Positions 57,435 through 64,000 of a DNA stretch of 64,000 nucleotides are shown piece by piece. A model generated the notes under the pieces. It did no database searches, was not told the DNA's origin, and was given only the letters and a program-made list of their open reading frames with translations. The first letter of the stretch is position 1. Each line of letters opens with the position of its first letter. Origin of the DNA: Lama guanicoe (Eukaryota). Location: contig MU054212.1 of the NCBI GenBank assembly GCA_013239625.1, positions 7,290,270-7,354,269 on the forward strand, given 5' to 3'. The translations under genes and the position numbers were made by a program.

Positions 57435-57775
57435 AGCCCAATATTCCTAGCAGCACTGTTGACAACAGCCAACACATGGAAGCAGCCAGAAGGTCCAGGG
57501 ACAGATGGCTGGATAAAGAAGATGTGATACACTTCTCAGCCTTTTGGCTAAGATCAAGTGGTGGTATATATATATGTACAATGGAATCTACTCAGCCATA
57601 AAAAAGGAATGAAATAATGTCATTTGTAGCAACATGGATAGATCTAGAGATGATCATAGTAAGTAAAGTAAGTCAGATGGAGAAAGACAAATATCATATC
57701 ACTTACATGTGAAATCTAAAGAAATTATACAAATGAACTTACTTACAAAGCAGAAAGACTCACAAACATAAAATA
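57435..57775 (+). mobile_element. LINE-1 fragment (ORF2 end / 3' UTR start), interrupted by the U2 fragment
   Basis: gcagcactgttgacaacagccaacacatggaagcagcc...ggataaagaagatgtg...acaatggaatctactcagccataaaaaaggaatgaaataatgtcatttgtagcaacatggata. Confidence 0.88.
57530..57560 (+). pseudogene. U2 snRNA 5' fragment (nt 3-33), tailless retro-pseudogene
   Basis: CACTTCTCAGCCTTTTGGCTAAGATCAAGTG vs U2 CGCTTCTCGGCCTTTTGGCTAAGATCAAGTG: 29/31 identical, both mismatches CpG>CpA. Lies inside an L1 fragment. Confidence 0.9.
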
Positions 57776-57786
57776 AGTAGCCATTA

Positions 57787-57882
57787 GTTTGTTTTGTTTC
57801 TCTTCATGGAGGTACTGGGGACTGAACCCAGGACCTCATGCAAGCTAAGGATGTGCTCTACCACTTGAGCTATACCTTCCCC
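57787..57882 (-). mobile_element. tRNA-Ala-derived SINE (vic-1 type)
   Basis: atggaggtactggggactgaacccaggacctcatgcaagctaagg...ctaccacttgagctatacc. Confidence 0.85.
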
Positions 57883-60424
57883 TCTGGGTATGAAGTCTTC
57901 ACATACTGTTTCACGTTGCTTAACAAAAGATGATCTTTCTTTCCTATGTAGATGTTGGCCTCTCCTAAATCTGTGTGTATTGATCCCTCCTTCCTGTCCT
58001 CCATCTTTCTCACCCACGTACGGGATAAGTTATCTTTTTTTTTGAGAATGGTTTGATTTAAGAATAATGATTTTAAGAAGCCTTATTTGTTGCTGTTTGG
58101 TTTTGAAAAGAGGTAGCCACATCTATGTTTTTAAAAATTGCCACACTATAAAGATGAACAGATAAGCATCCAACTTTCATTGTCATATCTTCATCTTATT
58201 TCATACACTAACTCCTTGAATATGTTATTACCTTTGTACAGATAGACTCTGAAGCTCAGACCAAATAATGTTCTCAGATTCATATAGCAAGACCCCAGAA
58301 TCTGGGATTCAGGTGTCATAATCCTTCCTTTCATATTTATGAAAAATTAGTTTTCATTATTTGATTCCATTTATATATCCCAAATACCCCTCTATAATTT
58401 GGGGGAATAAATAGTGTTACTCCTGTCCTGCTGTAATCCAGATCATGAAACTGGCCACTTCCTTGTGTCTTAAATATCTGTTTTCCTTTTGATGTTGCTA
58501 CAAATGTTAAAAGAAAGGGTAGAACAAGAGAAAAAGTTGGAGTAAGTTTTTTTCCTTTGTTTTCTTTACTCTCCATTTATATAATCTATAGATCTTGGCT
58601 AAAAGTCTCAAACTGTTCTTTGAAACTTCAACAAATTGGATTTGACAAACCCTACAGAGTTCTTCATAAATTTCTGAGTATATTTCTCTCCTTTTGTATA
58701 CTGCTAGTCTTTTAGTGGTTAGGATGACACATAAGAAAGTCCAAAAGTGAAAATTTACATTCTTATGTGCTTCATTTATTACATATGAGCCACATGACTT
58801 ATGTTATTTTATTTAAAATATAAGAATGCATGTGTTCAATATAGCACATGGACCAGTTGCTTCATGCATGTTATAAAAACTTATTTGGTATAATAACAAC
58901 TTTGGGGAGCTGTTACTGTGATTCTTAGAAACTTTGAAGTGGAAAAAGAGATACACTTTGATTTTGCAGAAATGTTCTCCCCATTCAACAGTAATGAATA
59001 ATTAACTTACCTCATTGGAAATATTCTTTAACCTTCGATTAGCTCACAACTGCATTATTCTTTTTGATCAAAATGGCATGAACAAGTCAAAGGCAAAACA
59101 CTCCGTTAGCTTTAGGATCTGAAACAGACTTTTGATTATTTGCCTTCAGGCCTGTCCGATCTTTGTTCTACTTGGTTGGATTTTCTATGTGTTTGTGATG
59201 AAAATGAGAGAACCTAAAACCTGGCATGTTCTAGTACGTTTTCACCTGTGATGCAGAATGTTTGTCTTTTCCCTCTCCTCCTCAAGGCTCAGCTTACATC
59301 GTGATGTGTTTTTGTTGTTGTTGAAAATGTACTAGCTCAGATAAACCAAGGCCCTTTCCTTTACCATTTTTAGAAAACGGTCAGGCCACCAGGAGACTTG
59401 TTCTGAGGATTAAACTGTGTACAGTTAAATACATACCAAAGCCCAACTCATGGTCATCTGCTAACGTTCAGAATAGCAAGTGATTTTCGCTATGAATTAG
59501 CCTTACGTAATTTGTCTCTTTCCACTTAGGAGTAGTGACGTGCTTGTGTGTTTCAGGCAAATCCAACGCTGAGAGACTTCTACAGCTTGTAGACGATGTG
59601 AACAGGGAGGGGACATTCTCACAAACACCTTGGTGTAGTGTTTCTCCATTGTCCCTTTGCATTCATTTCTCTGGCCTGTATTGCCTAAAGCCTGAACTGT
59701 GTTTCTTGCAGAGCCTTGGAATAGATCTTGCTACCAATCTCAGAACTGTGTTATGTGTGTGTGGCGGGGGAGTGGTAAACATCACGTGGGGGGTGAAGTT
59801 AAACGTGACTTCACTCTTGCTTCAGCAGATAAACACTGAGCTCCCTGCTCTCACTTGATAATGAAAGGACACCTGTATACAAAGCTATAAAATACTGAAA
59901 AGTATCTTTTTTGAAAAATCCAGCTGGATTAGTTATATACAAGTATATGTTGCTGCAGCCTCATTTTGCTGGTCATGGAGGCTGCAAGCTTGGATCTCTG
60001 AGTGGTCGGTGGGAGAATGTTTATTTGCCCACCCCCATTCTCCATTCTGGGCCTGTCCGAGATATTGTTGGTAACACAAAAAGTGGAAAATTTGACCCAA
60101 GTCATCTTTTCTTGTTATCATCCTCAAAAGAAGGCAGAGATGGGAAGAGGACCAAAAAAGAACTGCCCGTAAGGCAAATTTAATTATCCAGATTTTCAGA
60201 GGGAGGGGCTGGATTAAGTGCCCTCCACAGGCAACCAGGGAGCAAATTTTTCACATCTGAGGGAAGGAATCAATACTGGAGGACAGCCACTCATCTCCTA
60301 GGCTACTTGCCTTAGGCCAGGCTGCCTGAGGGACCTGAGTGTCACCGGATTGGGCAGCAGTCAGATCAGACTTTTGCTCCAGCAGGTGCAAAACCTGTTG
60401 TTTACTTAACAAGGTTGGTGGCAG

Positions 60425-60442
60425 CTGCTGCTGCTGCTGCTG
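60425..60442. repeat. (CTG)6 trinucleotide repeat
   Basis: gcagCTGCTGCTGCTGCTGCTGctt. Confidence 0.9.
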
Positions 60443-63074
60443 CTTATGCTGTTTCAAAGCAATTAACGAGCGTGCAGTTTACAAGGTTGCCAGGTGCTGG
60501 CTTCCCTGTGTGCAGTGACAGGTGGGGCAAAATTTCATGGAAACACCTGCCAGTCTCCAAGACAGACCCATGCTAACTGGCTGTTATGTACGTAGCATTT
60601 AATCGTTTGTGGGTTTAGCTGACAGGGCAGGAAACCTAGCTACGGTGGTCTCTACCAGGGGATGAAGAGAGGACGTGTGAGTACTTTCTTACTTGCCACT
60701 GCAGACGAGCACATTTTGGATAGTATGAGGATTTTATGACGACGCATTTATCAGTTGTGTTTGGAGAGCACAGAAAACACCCCAAATAGACAAAAAAGTG
60801 CTATCTAGAGACATCACGTGTTAATAATCATTTATCAAAACCAAACTGATTTATGAAACAAGGAACACTATCAAACTGTTTTTTCTCAGTGCTGAAAAGC
60901 TCCTCACCATCCTTCCTTTTAGTTAGTTTTCTTCTTCCTTGCATAGTTGACATAAGCAAAGTACCTACTGCTCCTCCTAGGCGTAAGTAAATGGAAGGAT
61001 TTACTACAGCTTTTGGATTTATTTGTTTTTTGGGTTTTGTTTTTTTTGGAACACATGTGTGACTAGGGTCTTTAGTTCGCTTTACACAAACGATGAAAAA
61101 CTCCTTGTGGAAGAAACAGACATCTAGAGATTTTCCAAAGGTTAGATCACAACTATTTTCTCTTTGGTAAATAATCTCAGATGAACTCCGGAGACACACA
61201 TAAGCTTCCTTTTAAAACATGCCTGACAAGTCTTAGCCATCTACCAGGGAAAAATTCTTCCATCAACTTTAGACTCAATAAACTCCATAAAGAGGTCTGA
61301 AGGTGCTATTTTAGAGCTGTATTTTTTGTGTTTCTAATTTGAAAAAAAAATTGGCTTTGAAAAAAAAAAGCCTGATATTCTGCCCACAGACGAGGTAGCT
61401 ATACAGAGCTAACTGTGGTATTTGAAATGTATCTTCCAACTACCCCACTGGGCCCCGCTTCTATTAAAAGTTCCCTTTCCAGAAAGAAGCTTCAGGGCTT
61501 ATTCACACTAAAGCATCAGTGACTGATACAGAATATTCTGTTACCTATCCCTGGAACGTTTGCATTTTAGAAGCAGATAATAAATATTAGGTCAAGGGAA
61601 ACAAACCAACCAACCCTTAATTCTGAGAATGTGAAGGATCAGCAAAGAGAAGGGGGGGGTTACTTGGGAAGCGAAGGTGTTTCTGGTTTGCACACACCTA
61701 TTTATGACTGGCTCTCTCCTGTCAGTCCTTAACAAAGCCGCCCTGTGTGTCGTAGGAGAGGCTGAATGTTAGACGGAACAGTGGTTTGTTTACTTGACAA
61801 CTGAGTCAAGCATTTTAAGGCTCTTTTCCATCATCTGTGAAAACTGAGACTTCCAATGCTTTCAGGTGAAAGCTATTGAGGGAATTTCCATTAAATGACA
61901 GTATATGAAAATGCCTACACTATTACTGGACGCACGTGAAGCACTAGAGAAACTGCAGTTTTCTTTCTTTTCTTTAATTCAAATCTAGTTGAAATTTCTT
62001 CTGTAGATAAAGTTCATCACCAGATCACCCTTGCTGGTTCATATTCACCAAGGGCCACTCGGTACTGATTTCTCACTTTCCGTGAAAAAGGCTTTTGTGT
62101 GAAATGTAGGATCTCTGGTGCTCTTCTCCCTGCTTTTCAAGGAAATAGTTCATAACATCTGACTTAATTGTGAAACTCAAAGTTAGTTTTATGAAATATG
62201 TCAAGTTTCATGTGACCTTCAACTTCCCATTTTATCTGGCACAAACTTTCATTAAGGTTCACCATTGTGATTAAGGTAACATTTTTAAACTGTCACAAAA
62301 TCATTGAGAGGTTATTATACCTGAGGAAAAATACACCTGTTTCCAAGTTTCTGCTAAGAATCTACATTGCTTCCATCAAAATTTCTTTTAAACCGTGTGG
62401 AGAAGCTTATTTTTTTAAATCAGGAGAAGCACCAGGTGGCAAATACACATTTTCTGTACGATAGACGTGACCTTTTTACCATTGTTCAACACAGGAAGAG
62501 AATAAAAAGATGTAAAGCAGAAGCAGGGTGGAATTCACACAGGAAAGAAAATTCTCTCTGGTGACAATCCAAAGATATACCCCATCATAGATAATGTAAG
62601 TAGTTAAATTGTCAAATAGAGATACAGGACAGTGGGTCTTATGGGAAAGCAGCACCGTATTTTTATAGGAAACAACATAAGAAACTAAGTCTTTTTTTTT
62701 TTTTGGTACAGAGAGGAAGAAAAAGAATAATGAACTATGTGGGGAGCAAAAAGATTGTAAAGAAAATACAAAACATATATGTCAGAGAAAAAGTATAAAA
62801 ATATATGTATAAAACGCCTAAGGTTTACACATACCGGAAATAAAGGGGAAATTGTTCTTTGTTCACTTGAGGTTTTAGAAAGACTCAATACTGTAGGTTT
62901 GGCATGTGTTTGTTTTTGATGTTCATATATACAGTTTTAGGTGGTTTCATTGTTGTTTTACTGGCAGCAGCTGCAGATGAATAAGGATACTGGGTGCGGA
63001 TGGGACACTACACTGTGGCACACTCGACGTGAATAGGATGTTGGAGGCAATGATGGTGTGGTTACAAGGGCAGA

Positions 63075-63285
63075 CTTGAGCCAAACTGGCTCTCATTTCT
63101 TGCAATTCCAGCTGTGTGTTTTGGGTGAATTAAGCTCCCTGTTTATCAGTTTCATCCTTAGTAAAATGAGATGAAATTTCATGTCTCATAAGGCTACTGA
63201 AGGGATTGCATAGACAATGCAATTGAAATATTTCAAATAGAGCCTGGCTGTCAGTAAATGAACGCTAATTGCTAACTGCTGTTAT
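63075..63285 (+). mobile_element. MIR SINE
   Basis: ttgagccaaactggctc...agctgtgtgttttgggtg...cagtttcatccttagtaaaatgagat...agagcctggctgtcagtaaatg. Confidence 0.65.
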
Positions 63286-64000
63286 TAACCATTAAGATCA
63301 GATTTTAACTCACTCAGTTTCTTTTAGCAGGTAATTTTCACTAAAGCAAAAATTTCTACAAAACCCGCAACGCACAGTCCTTTCCTTTCTCATTTACTCT
63401 CTGACCTCTGGACAGTAAAGTTTTATCTTCTTCTTAGGTGAAAATGTGAAAATTTCATATGGCAAAAGTAAAATCTCATAACTAGTTTTTCCTAATGTAA
63501 TAACCAATGAAGAGGAAATCTGAATTTATGTTAGGATGTTAATGTCTCCGTACTTATGGACTTTCCATGTCAGATAGTCAATAAAAAAAGGAAACAGATG
63601 CTAAGAAAACTGATTATCATAGTTAAAAGAATGATATGAACGGTTAAGGACCTGGGCATGGGCGTGGGTGGAAAATCATAGCCAATTAGAACAGGCATTT
63701 CCTCATCATAAAGAAATTACCACCCAAGTTAGCTTAAATGCTTTTGATTTACAGAAGAAAGAAAGAATTAAAATTATGCCAACACACATAGAGGGTGATT
63801 TTTGTGTAGGATTATTGGAGAACTTTTTGTTGAGATAGAATTGTGATCTGCTAGAGGCACCGTTACATTTTACTTATAATCTGTCGGAGACAACGAGACC
63901 CAGAGATCTGAGTGTTTTTCTGACTAACAGAATAGCCCAGGTTGATAACACAAGGCTGGTCAGTTCATTTTCAGTTTTGATAAAAATATTCTACGTTCTG

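Noticed and set aside
35100..64000. A downstream neighbouring gene (NOL4 in human synteny, from memory)
   Set aside because: No exon-like ORF with splice sites or recognisable protein on either strand; presumably beyond the window.

Overview
Mammalian genomic DNA, most likely a camelid (alpaca/camel), inferred from five copies of a tRNA-Ala-derived vic-1-type SINE and the absence of Alu or Bov-tA elements. The window holds the 3' part of ASXL3 on the + strand: two small DEUBAD/ASXH exons (15172-15268, 18145-18250), a 1957-bp exon (22100-24056) and the long last coding exon (26734-30439) ending in the C-terminal PHD finger. A ~4.5-kb 3' UTR follows, then ~29 kb of intergenic DNA. A 13-N assembly gap in a polyproline tract gives a false frameshift in the last exon. 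The rest is intron or intergenic sequence with L1, L2, MIR, MLT1 and hAT-Charlie MITE remnants. Most notable: (1) a 271-codon stop-free +1 frame overlapping ASXL3 across the last splice junction, starting where ASXL1/ASXL2 carry their proposed frameshift-accessed TF ORF; (2) a 31-nt tailless U2 snRNA 5' retro-fragment inserted in an L1; (3) a duplicated RTLAxIK helix and a 36-bp coding tandem repeat; (4) candidate CTCF sites, an E-box-rich candidate enhancer and a dense miRNA-seed cluster. Repeat family names are by eye from remembered consensus sequences, and repeat boundaries are approximate.
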